IMG/VR virus record: IMGVR_UViG_3300031952_000010
Span: 27,512-91,511 of that record
Length of the DNA stretch: 64,000 nt
Origin: a virus
Direction: 5' to 3' (one strand)
A model generated the notes under the pieces. The model made no database searches, was not told where the DNA came from, and worked only from the letters and a program-made list of their open reading frames with translations. Positions 47,334-57,812 of the stretch are shown here, piece after piece; position 1 is the stretch's first letter; every line of letters starts with the position of its first letter. The position numbers were made by a program, and so were the translations under genes.

Positions 47334-47421
47334 ATATGTTAAAGAACTTATTTCTCCTACAAAGATAGTAAAGTTTTCTCAATTACCAAACTATTTTATA
47401 TTTATATGTAAATAAATATTT

Positions 47422-48786
47422 GTGAAAGATTCAAAAAACGCTAAGATACTATTTGAAAATGAGTATGTCGTATTGGTACAGGTATTCAATAAGAATGCCG
47501 CAACCTATTACGGGCCCCCCAAGGTTACTGAATTATATGACCAAGATTTTAGTCATGGTGATTTATATTTTGCCGTGAGTAAATATAATCCTGGCCCTGA
47601 GTACATATACACACTATACAAACCTACAGATGGTGAACTTAAATATTATTCAGGTGACGTTTTAAAATCTGAAAGTTACGACAACATCACATTTAAGTAT
47701 CCATACCTAAAACCGTATGTTCAAGATATTAGGGGGAATAGTGAAATATATGATTTATTATTGAAAATTAAAAACGGTCAAAAGGTTAATAACTGGGACG
47801 CTAATAGATTTGACCCAATTGTGTACGATATTAAGTTTAACGAACAAACACCTGGTAAAAGTAGAGTTAAATTAAAATTTGACGATTATGAGGATTATTG
47901 GAAATTATTTGATTTAAAAGATGGTGATATTTGGTTTGGAAATTACATATATTCTAATTATGATTCTTACGAATTTGAAAGCGCAGATTTTGCTGATGAG
48001 GATTGGAAAGAGGGTTATTTATTACGTGAATTAAATGACGAAAACCAAATTAAATTAAAAGAAATTTTAACACTATTATCTCCAGAACTATCTCAATTAC
48101 GAAATGATGAAGAATGGAAAAAGGCTTCTAATTTATTATTAACAACATTTGAACGTGAATCTGAAGAAATTAAGTATGAATGGTTATCAGAAAAAAATAA
48201 CTGTAAAGAACGAGGAGCACGTAAGATGATTGAGGACGATTGTTGTAATTTTTTTCAAAATTATGGAATATTCAATATGGGTAGTTGTTTTTATAGTTAT
48301 GTGACGACAGTATCGGTATTATTATCTTTATATAAAATGGTTGATGAAAGACATTTCACGGTTAGTGAGGTTTTAAGTGATATTGGTCATAAATCAGGAA
48401 ATATTGGTGGATGGGAAGAATATTCTTATGAACAAGATTGTATTGATTTTGACGATGAATCTTTCAATCGTAGTTGTGGTTGGCAATTAGATAAGATGTT
48501 TACTAAACTTGAAGATTCTGAAGAATTTGAGGATATTAAAAAATTCTCAGATAATGCGTCAAAAATTTTAAGTAAGTACGACATGGAAACTAATTACAAA
48601 TTACCTAAAGACGAATCAAGAACATTTAGAATTATTAAAATAGACCCAAAAACTAATAAAATCCATGTTGTAGTTTCTAAGAAGGGTGAGTATCAAGGTG
48701 AACAAAGAAGTTATGATTTTGAAAATTTTGACCAATTTTTACATCAACCCGAATTATTTGAAAATAGATTTGTTAAAGTAAAGTAA
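47422..48786 (+). CDS. Hypothetical protein
   Basis: 454-aa ORF after TATTTAT. Confidence 0.65.
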   Translation: MKDSKNAKILFENEYVVLVQVFNKNAATYYGPPKVTELYDQDFSHGDLYFAVSKYNPGPEYIYTLYKPTDGELKYYSGDVLKSESYDNITFKYPYLKPYVQDIRGNSEIYDLLLKIKNGQKVNNWDANRFDPIVYDIKFNEQTPGKSRVKLKFDDYEDYWKLFDLKDGDIWFGNYIYSNYDSYEFESADFADEDWKEGYLLRELNDENQIKLKEILTLLSPELSQLRNDEEWKKASNLLLTTFERESEEIKYEWLSEKNNCKERGARKMIEDDCCNFFQNYGIFNMGSCFYSYVTTVSVLLSLYKMVDERHFTVSEVLSDIGHKSGNIGGWEEYSYEQDCIDFDDESFNRSCGWQLDKMFTKLEDSEEFEDIKKFSDNASKILSKYDMETNYKLPKDESRTFRIIKIDPKTNKIHVVVSKKGEYQGEQRSYDFENFDQFLHQPELFENRFVKVK

Positions 48787-48804
48787 TTTACTTATCTTTG
48801 GCTT

Positions 48805-49635
48805 ATGGAGAGAAACTATCAATTACTAAAGGACGTTTTGTCGGTCCCAACAAAGACATATAAGGAAGACCGAATGATTGAGTTTTTAGTTAATTGGTTA
48901 ACTGAAAACCAAATACCATTTCAGGTTGACGAACACCGAAATATTTACGCGACTAAAACATCTCAGGATATTACTGAAGATTTCTATTTCCCGTGTGTTA
49001 TTGCTCATACTGACACCGTACATCAATTAGATGTAATCAACGTCAGAGAAATGGAATTACCTAACGCTCAGGGGATAATTAAACCATCATTAAAAGCATT
49101 CAACGATTTTGGTGAACCAACAGGGATTGGTGGTGATGATAAATGTGGCGTTTACGCATGTTTAGAATTACTAAAAGAATTACCAAATCTTAAAGCAGCA
49201 TTTTTTGTTTCTGAAGAAACAGGTTGTCACGGTTCAAAACAAGCCGATAAAAATTTCTTCGAGAACGTAGGATACGGGATTCAATTTGACGCACCTGAGA
49301 ACTGGATGGTTAGTGAGTTCTGTATGGGTGTTCAGTTATTTGGTCGAGATACAGAGTTCTTTAAATCATGTGATGAGGTATTAACAGAAACATTTAATCC
49401 TGATAGAAAATATCAATCTCACCCATACACAGATGTGTACGCACTGAAGAACACATTTGACTTCTCGTGTATTAACTTCTCAATTGGGTACTACGACTAC
49501 CACACTAAAGAAGAATACGTTGTAATCGAAGATGTTTATAACGGAATCAAAACGGGTAAAGAATTAATTGAAAAATTAGGTAACGTAAAATACCCATTCA
49601 AATCAAAACCACGATATAGTCATTTATTTGACTAA
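48805..49635 (+). CDS. M20/M28-family zinc peptidase
   Basis: AHTDTVH, GGDDKCG, SEETG, QFD, YHT. Confidence 0.88.
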   Translation: MERNYQLLKDVLSVPTKTYKEDRMIEFLVNWLTENQIPFQVDEHRNIYATKTSQDITEDFYFPCVIAHTDTVHQLDVINVREMELPNAQGIIKPSLKAFNDFGEPTGIGGDDKCGVYACLELLKELPNLKAAFFVSEETGCHGSKQADKNFFENVGYGIQFDAPENWMVSEFCMGVQLFGRDTEFFKSCDEVLTETFNPDRKYQSHPYTDVYALKNTFDFSCINFSIGYYDYHTKEEYVVIEDVYNGIKTGKELIEKLGNVKYPFKSKPRYSHLFD

Positions 49636-49697
49636 CAAAAAACCCCTCCGTAAGGTGGGGTTATTTTTTGTTTATTAACGAACATAAAAAAAGGGGG

Positions 49698-51740
49698 TTA
49701 TTCAACCCCTTTTCTTTTTCTTATAACTTTCTTTCCATCTTTGAATTTGACATCCCCATTTTCACTGATTAAAGTGTATTCGATATTTTCTTGGATGTTA
49801 CTCTTAAGAACTTCTTCCGAGATAAAATCTTCTATTTTATCCTGAATAGCCCTTTTTAGTGGACGAGCCCCGTACATCTCATCAAACCCAACCTCAGAAA
49901 TCATTTCAATAATAGAGTCATCAAATTTAATATTATATTTAAGACCTGTTAATCTTTCAGATAAAACATTCAACTCAAGTTTAACAATTTTTTTAACATC
50001 TTCTTTCACTAATGAATTGAAAATGATAACTTCATCAATACGATTTAAAAATTCAGGAGCGAAAAACTTCTTAAGTTCTTTCTTCAAAACTTCTCTTTTT
50101 TGTTCTTCCTCAACATAAGAACTTGAGTTAGTTTTAAAACCTACACCAGCTCCAAAATCTTGTAGTTTTTTAACTCCAACATTCGATGTCATGATGATAA
50201 TACAGTTTTTGAAATTAATCTTTCTTCCCATACCATCAGTAAGGTGACCGTCATCCAACACTTGTAATAATGTTGAGAATATGTCTTTGTTTGCCTTTTC
50301 AATCTCGTCAAACAAAATTACCGAGTAAGGTTTGTTCTTAACTTGTTCAGTTAATTGACCACCTTCATCATAACCTACATATCCTGGAGGTGCCCCAATT
50401 AATCTTGAAATACTATGTTTTTCTTGGTATTCAGACATGTCCACACGAATCATATTTTCTTCACTACCAAACATTTGTTTTGCCAATTGTTTTGCCAAGT
50501 AGGTTTTACCCACACCAGTTGAGCCAAGGAAAATAAATGAACCTATTGGTTTGTTAGGGTCTTTAATACCTAATCTGTTTCGTCTGATTGACTTAGCAAT
50601 TTTCATAACCGCTTCAGATTGTCCAATTACTTTGTCAGATAAACTACTGTCTAATTGACTTAATAACATTGTTTCATCGGCGTTTAATTTACTAATAGGA
50701 ATTTTGGTCATGTTTGAAACAACCTCATAAACCAACTCAATAGAAACTTCTTTCTTCTTAACTTGAAGTTCATCTTCAAATTTTTTCTTCTCAATATCTA
50801 ATTTATTAAGAATACGTTTTTCTTTATCACGTAAGTTTGCCGCCTCCTCGTAATTTTGTTTTTTAACTACCTCAAGTTTTTCAATTTTAACATCCGCAGC
50901 CTCTTGCTTTAATTTCTCAATAATTTCAGGCATTTTAATCTCAACCTGACATCTTGCACCAACCTCATCAATAATGTCAAATGCCTTATCAGGGAACTCT
51001 CTATCAGTGATATATCTTGCCGCCAAATCAACACATACAGAAAGTACTTCATCAGTATAGGACACCTTATGAAATGTTTCGTACTTGTCTTTAACATTTT
51101 TAAGAATTTCTAATGTTTCTTCTTTTGTTGAAGCGTCAACAATAACCTTTTGGAATCGTCTTTCTAAAGCTCCGTCTTTCTCAAAGTTCTTACGATACTC
51201 GTCAAGAGTTGTAGCACCAACACATTGAATTTCTCCACGAGCAAGTGCTGGTTTAAAGATATTTGATGCGTCTAAAGAACCTGATGAATTACCAGCTCCA
51301 ACAATAGTGTGAATCTCATCAATAAACACAATGATATTTGGGGCGTTTTGTAATTCTTCAATAATTACCTTCATACGTTCCTCAAACTGACCACGATATT
51401 TTGTACCTGCAACGATTGAAGTCATATCTAAAGACACTATTCTTTTGTCCATTAAATTTCTCGGACATTCACCGTTAAAAATTTTAATAGCTAATCCTTC
51501 TACGATTGCGGTTTTACCACAACCAGGTTCACCAATAATAATAGGGTTGTTTTTCTTTCTACGAGAAAGAATTTGAGCTATTCTCGTAATTTCTCTCTCT
51601 CTACCAACTACAGGGTCTAACTTACCTTGTTCGGCTAATTTGATTAAATCTCTACTGAAGTTATCCAACACAGGTGTTGAAGAGTCAGATGTTGATTTAG
51701 GTGGGTTATTCTTTCCCCCATTGTCCATGGATTCTATCAT
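49698..51740 (-). CDS. clpC: ClpC-like Hsp100 ATPase without N-terminal repeat domain
   Basis: GEPGCGKT, FIDEIH, UVR-like YEEAANLRD, GSTGVGKT, RIDEVIIF, YGARPLKR. Confidence 0.88.
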   Translation of the reverse strand: MIESMDNGGKNNPPKSTSDSSTPVLDNFSRDLIKLAEQGKLDPVVGREREITRIAQILSRRKKNNPIIIGEPGCGKTAIVEGLAIKIFNGECPRNLMDKRIVSLDMTSIVAGTKYRGQFEERMKVIIEELQNAPNIIVFIDEIHTIVGAGNSSGSLDASNIFKPALARGEIQCVGATTLDEYRKNFEKDGALERRFQKVIVDASTKEETLEILKNVKDKYETFHKVSYTDEVLSVCVDLAARYITDREFPDKAFDIIDEVGARCQVEIKMPEIIEKLKQEAADVKIEKLEVVKKQNYEEAANLRDKEKRILNKLDIEKKKFEDELQVKKKEVSIELVYEVVSNMTKIPISKLNADETMLLSQLDSSLSDKVIGQSEAVMKIAKSIRRNRLGIKDPNKPIGSFIFLGSTGVGKTYLAKQLAKQMFGSEENMIRVDMSEYQEKHSISRLIGAPPGYVGYDEGGQLTEQVKNKPYSVILFDEIEKANKDIFSTLLQVLDDGHLTDGMGRKINFKNCIIIMTSNVGVKKLQDFGAGVGFKTNSSSYVEEEQKREVLKKELKKFFAPEFLNRIDEVIIFNSLVKEDVKKIVKLELNVLSERLTGLKYNIKFDDSIIEMISEVGFDEMYGARPLKRAIQDKIEDFISEEVLKSNIQENIEYTLISENGDVKFKDGKKVIRKRKGVE

Positions 51741-51833
51741 ATTTTGTTTTTTAGTTAATTATAAGGATTAATTTTGTATTTTCAACTACAGGTACAAAGG
51801 TAAGAAAAATATCTAAATTAAAAAATTTAATTT

Positions 51834-52187
51834 TTGGTTATATTTATGAATATGATAAAACACTATACCAAATATATTGAGACTCTTGGTGCCGACGAAG
51901 AACTTATAGAAACCTATAAGAATCTTAGACAGGCCTTTCAAAGAGAAGGATGGTCAGAAAAAGATTTAGAAAGTCCACCATACTACCCTCAAGATATTAT
52001 GAGGAACTTTCAAAGGTTTAGTAGTTTACATTCAAAATTATTCCAAGAATTAAAAAGTTTTTTTCCTGATATTGACCACAATGAATTTGTTGATTATCTT
52101 AGTGGTAAATTACAAATAATAGATTCAGAAACACCTTTACAAAATGGCAGTAAAAAAAGAAGAGATAATCGGGACGAAGATTATTAA
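51834..52187 (+). CDS. Hypothetical protein
   Basis: 117-aa ORF. Confidence 0.55.
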   Translation: MVIFMNMIKHYTKYIETLGADEELIETYKNLRQAFQREGWSEKDLESPPYYPQDIMRNFQRFSSLHSKLFQELKSFFPDIDHNEFVDYLSGKLQIIDSETPLQNGSKKRRDNRDEDY

Positions 52188-52386
52188 TGAGATTGACTCA
52201 AGTAACTTAGTAAAAACTGAGTACGACACCGAAACCAAATTAATGGTGGTGGAATTTAAAAACGGTATGAAATATCAATATGATGCGGTTCCTCATGAAG
52301 TTTACACAAGATTTAGAATGAATGAATCTCAGGGTAAATTTTTTAATACCGAAATTTCTAAAAAATACAAATATACTAAACTTTAA
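52144..52386 (+). CDS. KTSC-domain protein
   Basis: SSNL...YD....L.VEFKNG..YQY..VP...ESQGKFFN..I. Confidence 0.9.
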   Translation: MAVKKEEIIGTKIINEIDSSNLVKTEYDTETKLMVVEFKNGMKYQYDAVPHEVYTRFRMNESQGKFFNTEISKKYKYTKL

Positions 52387-52416
52387 TTATTATCAATACT
52401 CGACTATTTATTAGTA

Positions 52417-53712
52417 ATGAGTGATTTAAAAAGTATATTAACTAGTTTTCACGTACAAGACGAATTAAATCCTAAGATTTGGGATAATTCTATGGAGAAG
52501 ATGTCACCTAAAGTTAGGTCACGTCTACTTGAGATTGCTTATGAGTTCATAGAATTTTTAAAAGTTGATATTGTAGTATCAGACGTTATAATGACAGGGT
52601 CATTAGCCAACTATAACTGGTCAAAATTTTCAGATGTTGATTTACATATCTTAGTCGACTTTAATCAGTTCTCAAAAACCGAATTACCTTTATACGAAGA
52701 ATTATTTCAACTAAAAAAAACCATATATAACGACAAACACGATATCACCATCTACGGATATGAAGTTGAGTTATATGTTCAAAACGAAATTGAGGCTCAC
52801 TTTAGTAGTGGAGTGTATTCTGTTTTATTTGATACATGGGAAAATGAACCTAAAAAAGAAAATGTTAAAATTGACCTTGAATTGATTAAAAACAAATCAA
52901 AACAATGGATGGATATTATTGACGGTGTTATTGAAAGTGTTCAGGATGAATCTATTGATGATACTAAAAAAATTATCGACAAGTATAAGAAAAAACTTAA
53001 GAAATATAGAACTTGCGGATTGGAAGAAGGAGGTGAATATTCTGACGAAAACTTAGTATTCAAAGTATTACGAAGAAATGGGTATATTGAGAAATTATAC
53101 CAATATCAAGATAATCGTATTGATAAGGAATTATCATTGAAAGAATCTACAACAACTATCGGTGGTAATTTTAAAACTGATTTAGAAAACGGTCCAAAAA
53201 ATCATGGTAGTAGAAAATTAGGTAATTGGCAGTCGGATAACGCTTGGGATATTTTTGCACCTCCCAATACAGTTGTTAATTCATATACTAACGGTACTGT
53301 TACTAAAATTAGAGATACAGGAAAAAATTCTGGAAAAATTTTTGGAACACAAGTATCAATTAAAGGTGCTGAAGGATTTCCTGAAATTTTTTACACTCAC
53401 GTTAAAGATGTAAAACTAAAAAATGGTGATACTGTTAAAGTTGGTGATTACATTGGGGTTGTTTCTGAATGGGTTGGACATGATACAATGACTCACGTAC
53501 ACATAGGATTACCTTATGGTCAACATATCAGAGATTTGTTAAAAAATTCTGGAAAAATTTTTACCAATAAATTGGGTACTGATTATAAAGATGACAGTAA
53601 TAATGACAAAACAGATTACGATGAGCCTGTTATTACCAAAGGTAGTGAAGGAAGTAATAAAGAAGTTAATAATTGGCTAGAACCATTATTATCGACATTA
53701 GGATTTAAATAA
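52417..53712 (+). CDS. Pol-beta-type nucleotidyltransferase fused to an M23-like peptidase
   Basis: GSLANYNWSKFSDVDLH, VELYVQ; C-terminal AWDIFAP, FYTHV, VKVGDYIG, HVHIG. Confidence 0.8.
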   Translation: MSDLKSILTSFHVQDELNPKIWDNSMEKMSPKVRSRLLEIAYEFIEFLKVDIVVSDVIMTGSLANYNWSKFSDVDLHILVDFNQFSKTELPLYEELFQLKKTIYNDKHDITIYGYEVELYVQNEIEAHFSSGVYSVLFDTWENEPKKENVKIDLELIKNKSKQWMDIIDGVIESVQDESIDDTKKIIDKYKKKLKKYRTCGLEEGGEYSDENLVFKVLRRNGYIEKLYQYQDNRIDKELSLKESTTTIGGNFKTDLENGPKNHGSRKLGNWQSDNAWDIFAPPNTVVNSYTNGTVTKIRDTGKNSGKIFGTQVSIKGAEGFPEIFYTHVKDVKLKNGDTVKVGDYIGVVSEWVGHDTMTHVHIGLPYGQHIRDLLKNSGKIFTNKLGTDYKDDSNNDKTDYDEPVITKGSEGSNKEVNNWLEPLLSTLGFK

Positions 53713-53794
53713 ATGATTCAATTACGTTAGAACGATAACATTTTTGATTCTGAATATATTTATATATAAATTAATTTAAAAAAAAAACAAAATA

Positions 53795-55147
53795 ATGGGA
53801 AACTTAAAACCAATTGGAAGTGAAAAATTACAAGGTATGGATAAAATCAATCGTATCATTGAAATTTCTAGATATAACGAAAATACTCCGACGCCTATAA
53901 ATGAAGATAAATCAATCGAATATAGAAAGACTTTATCTGACGGAAACAATTATCTAATTGTTAAAGAAAAAAATGGATATGTGATTAAAAAATCACTAAC
54001 CGAATCTGCTGGTGAAAATGATTACTTAGAACCAATGAAAAATAGAAAATACTATTCTTCTTATTCACAAGCATTCAAACGTCTTAACTTAATCGCTAAA
54101 GAGGTTAATGTTAATGAAGGGTATGAATCAAATGTTTCATTATTTGGTGAGAGTGATATTGATGAAAAAGCGGCAACAAAATACATTTTAAAAATGGGTG
54201 AAACTAAGGAACAAGCGGCTCCCGCACCTGCTCCCGCACCTGCTCCCGCACCTGCTCCCGCACCTGCTCCCGCACCTGCTCCCGCACCTGCACCTGCACC
54301 GACAGATGACTTAGGTATGGAGGATGAATTAGGTATGGAAGAACCTGAAGGTGACGAAATGGAACAACCTGAAGAGGATGAAGTTATAACATTAAAAGTT
54401 ATTCAAAAATTAACAGGTAAATTAGCTCAGAAGTTAAGAGCTTTCCAAGATACTCAAGAAGATGAGGAACCAATGACATCTAAGGACATTAAATATGTTG
54501 TTAATTCTATATTATCGGCATTAAATTTAGAATCATTAGACGAAGAAGATAAAGAAGATATTTTAAATAAAATTGAAGGTGTCGAATCTGATGAAGAATT
54601 TGGTGGTGAAGAAATGGGTATAGAAGAACCTGAAGGTGACGAAATGGGTATGGAAGAACCTGAAGGTGAAATGGCTGAGGGTGATTCTGGTATGTTTGAT
54701 GATGAAGATGAAGCACTTTCTGCAGGTAAAAAATTGACGGATAAAATTTTTGGTGAAGGTCATGATGAAGAAGATGGTGAAGAATACCATTCAAAAATTA
54801 AAGGTGTTAACCCAAAACATGGTAAACACATGGAAGATGTTATCGAAGGACTTTTTACCGAATCTAAAGTTGACAATATATTAAAAAAATATTTTAAAGT
54901 TGAGGAAAACGAACGTAATTTAATTGAGGCTAAAAAACAAAAACTTAATTTAATTAAAGAAAACAAATCAAAAACAATTAGTAAAATTAAGATTGTTTCT
55001 GAAAGTATTTCTCAAGAAGTTGCATCAACTAAATTGGTCTCTAAATACCCTAACGCTAAATTAGTAGGTAAAACAAATCATAAAAATTTAGTTTTTGAAA
55101 TGAACAATAAACAACTTAGAGTTACTGTTAAAGGTCAGATACTATAA
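53795..55147 (+). CDS. Acidic, Pro/Ala-repeat putative head/scaffold-associated protein
   Basis: (AP)n linker, MEEPEG repeats; upstream of terminase. Confidence 0.6.
   Translation: MGNLKPIGSEKLQGMDKINRIIEISRYNENTPTPINEDKSIEYRKTLSDGNNYLIVKEKNGYVIKKSLTESAGENDYLEPMKNRKYYSSYSQAFKRLNLIAKEVNVNEGYESNVSLFGESDIDEKAATKYILKMGETKEQAAPAPAPAPAPAPAPAPAPAPAPAPAPAPTDDLGMEDELGMEEPEGDEMEQPEEDEVITLKVIQKLTGKLAQKLRAFQDTQEDEEPMTSKDIKYVVNSILSALNLESLDEEDKEDILNKIEGVESDEEFGGEEMGIEEPEGDEMGMEEPEGEMAEGDSGMFDDEDEALSAGKKLTDKIFGEGHDEEDGEEYHSKIKGVNPKHGKHMEDVIEGLFTESKVDNILKKYFKVEENERNLIEAKKQKLNLIKENKSKTISKIKIVSESISQEVASTKLVSKYPNAKLVGKTNHKNLVFEMNNKQLRVTVKGQIL
54218..54300 (+). repeat. 12-nt coding tandem repeat (APAP)
   Basis: GCTCCCGCACCT x6. 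Confidence 0.9.
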
Positions 55148-55557
55148 TGAGTTATTTAATATATGTTAATGAATTAGGCCCTAACTATAAGGGTGATAAC
55201 ATATATGAATTCATATTTTCTGACACTTTAGAAAAAATATGGGGGGATAATTGGGAATCAAAACCGTCAAACGGTTACCCACTACCACCTGATTTAGAAT
55301 TCATACGAAAAGTAGGGAGTCTAAAAGATGACCAAGTTACATTATCAGTTATCCAAAATTCTGATTATTTCTCAATGATGGATTCTATGGATGGAGTAAT
55401 TGCGATGGCTTGGGAGAACGAAAGTGATGATGTCGATTTTGACCATCAAAAAAGATTGGTGTTTAGATTCGGTGACGAAGAAACCACAGTCAAAGATAAA
55501 TTATATGAACGTGATATCGTTTTAGAATTTGAAAAAAAGGTTGTCTATGAAAACTAA
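55147..55557 (+). CDS. Hypothetical protein
   Basis: 136-aa ORF in the head operon. Confidence 0.7.
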   Translation: MSYLIYVNELGPNYKGDNIYEFIFSDTLEKIWGDNWESKPSNGYPLPPDLEFIRKVGSLKDDQVTLSVIQNSDYFSMMDSMDGVIAMAWENESDDVDFDHQKRLVFRFGDEETTVKDKLYERDIVLEFEKKVVYEN

Positions 55558-56476
55558 CCAAAAACAATTAAGATTAATACAACACGGGTTGAAAGCGTCC
55601 ACTGTCACTAGATTAAGTGAATCACAAGTGGATATTTTGTTTAACAGACTTAATGAGTCTAAAAAAGAAAATAAAGAGCAAGTTACTAAAACTACTGAAC
55701 CTGCTAAAGAAATTGTTACTATAGGTGCTCAAGGAGGTGATTTACCAAATAACCCAACAGGGAAGGGATATAAGTTTGAAAAGAAACCTGATGGTACTAT
55801 GAAAGCGACTCCCATGGAGACTGAGATGACTGAAGACACTGATTCTGAAATGGATTGGTTAATGAAAGGTGATACGCAAGACCCTGTTCAAAAAGGACCT
55901 ACAGGTGACGGTGACCCCGATTCATTACAAGAGTATAAAAATCTTGCAGAAAAATTTGAGTCTAAAAAACAACAAAAATATTTCTTTGCTAAATGCGGTG
56001 ATGGTAAAACAAACGAACAAAAGAAATGGTGTAAAATGGCTGAAGAATTCTCTGACAAAACAAACTTTAAAAAGTTACCTGAAAAGAAAAAAACAGAAGC
56101 AAAAGAAAGTGGTTTAAATAATTTAGTTAATAAAGTTTCCGCAGCATATGCTGGTGGAGTAAAAAATAAGTTGAATTCCATGTCTCCAAGCGTTACCTTT
56201 GGTGAAAACGAAATAGAAAAAAAAATTATGAGACTAGTTGAAAAACATATAACTCCAAAAATGACTAAAAGGGAATTTCTTAATTTAGTTAAAGAACAAG
56301 GTACTAAAACGGCACCATCAAGACCAGGGGTTAAACCTGATGTTGATACACCATCAAGACCTTCAAAACCTGCAACACCGTACCAACCAAAGCCAGGTGT
56401 TAAACCAGCACCTAAAGCAAAAAGAGAGATACCAACTTGGTTATCATTTAAATCATTAGGAATTAAATTAAAGTAA
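55547..56476 (+). CDS. Hypothetical protein
   Basis: ORF track 55529..56476; ATG at 55547. Confidence 0.65.
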   Translation: MKTNQKQLRLIQHGLKASTVTRLSESQVDILFNRLNESKKENKEQVTKTTEPAKEIVTIGAQGGDLPNNPTGKGYKFEKKPDGTMKATPMETEMTEDTDSEMDWLMKGDTQDPVQKGPTGDGDPDSLQEYKNLAEKFESKKQQKYFFAKCGDGKTNEQKKWCKMAEEFSDKTNFKKLPEKKKTEAKESGLNNLVNKVSAAYAGGVKNKLNSMSPSVTFGENEIEKKIMRLVEKHITPKMTKREFLNLVKEQGTKTAPSRPGVKPDVDTPSRPSKPATPYQPKPGVKPAPKAKREIPTWLSFKSLGIKLK

Positions 56477-56480
56477 AACA

Positions 56481-57806
56481 ATGAGTCTAAATCCAAATAC
56501 AGAAAAAAATCTAAAAGTTAAAAAATTTTTAGAAAAAAAATTAGTTAGTGAAGGTTTAACCAATAGTGAACGTAGTCTTTTAAGTGAGTTAAAAAATAAA
56601 TTAAAAGAAGCTCCTATTGATTATGAAGGCCCTGAAAGAATGGAACCTGGTATTGAAAGAAAAATTACGTCAAAAGAGACTCCATACAATAACTTCCCCG
56701 CAATCCCTAACATGGATATGGATAAGGATTATATTGAATTAATCTCTTCAAAAAGATTTAAAGATTCTGTAGATAAAGTTAGAAGAGCCATGGGTGACAC
56801 CAGAGCAATCCAAGGAGCAAATCCGTTGAATTCATTAATGGCGACCGCAATGCAATCGTTACAAACGGTTGTATCAATTCAAATTCAAAACAAAGAAGTG
56901 TTAGAACAACTTGCGGTTGATTTAGTTATTAAAGAAATGGGTATTCCTGAAGGAGCGATGCAATTCGACGCAAAATTAGTTATGCAACCTATGGGAGCGT
57001 CTCAAGGGATGCAAGAAGAACCTGAAATGCCAAGTGAAGAAGAGATTGAAGAGTTTATGGGTGATGCCGAAACATTTGATTTAGAAAGAGCAAAAAGAAG
57101 ATTTATTAACTCACTTATCCAAGGTGCCGCATTTAAAGGAGGACACATGTTTAATTTAGTGTCAAGAGAACTTAATGATATTGACCCTAGATTAATGAAT
57201 TTATACACCGTGTCACAATCTTTAATGGAACACGCATATTGGTTGTTTCCTGATATGGAAGGAATGGCTGGCGGCGGTGGTGGCCAAATGGGGCAATCAG
57301 AAGTTGATACCGAAACAGACCCACCAACAGTAAAAGCGAGAGCAATGACATTTCCACTTTTAGTTCATGAATTGGTTAAAGGTGTTTATGAAATATTTGG
57401 AACTCACGGTTTACCTGACGACCCAAAACAACAAGAAATGATTATGAAAGCTGAAGACACTTTGCCTGCAGAGATTTGGGATTCTAGATTAGGACCAATT
57501 TTTTGGGAAAAATTTATAGGTACTTACCCAATGGAATTATTTGATGAGGATATGAAACACATCCAACATTACTTATTCATGAGATTTTCTAAGTTAAATG
57601 CTGAAGAATTTTTTAGAGTTGCTAAACTTATACTTTCAGGTAACCCACAAGGAACTCAATTTATTCAGAGAATGGTTAATGAAATTGTTACTGAACTAAA
57701 ACAATATGATGCTGAAGAAGCGTTAAGCGGTGATAATGACGATGATTTTGACGATGATGGGTTTGATGATTTATTAAGTGGTTTAGGTATATCAAGACCA
57801 AAATAA
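56481..57806 (+). CDS. Hypothetical protein (HE motif) upstream of terminase
   Basis: KRRFINSLIQG, FPLLVHELVKG, WDSRLGP. Confidence 0.7.
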   Translation: MSLNPNTEKNLKVKKFLEKKLVSEGLTNSERSLLSELKNKLKEAPIDYEGPERMEPGIERKITSKETPYNNFPAIPNMDMDKDYIELISSKRFKDSVDKVRRAMGDTRAIQGANPLNSLMATAMQSLQTVVSIQIQNKEVLEQLAVDLVIKEMGIPEGAMQFDAKLVMQPMGASQGMQEEPEMPSEEEIEEFMGDAETFDLERAKRRFINSLIQGAAFKGGHMFNLVSRELNDIDPRLMNLYTVSQSLMEHAYWLFPDMEGMAGGGGGQMGQSEVDTETDPPTVKARAMTFPLLVHELVKGVYEIFGTHGLPDDPKQQEMIMKAEDTLPAEIWDSRLGPIFWEKFIGTYPMELFDEDMKHIQHYLFMRFSKLNAEEFFRVAKLILSGNPQGTQFIQRMVNEIVTELKQYDAEEALSGDNDDDFDDDGFDDLLSGLGISRPK

Positions 57807-57812
57807 TGAAAC

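Noticed and set aside
55888-56496. 202-aa minus-strand ORF and similar antisense ORFs (17148, 54507, 61017, 61359)
   Set aside because: Shadow ORFs of long plus-strand genes.
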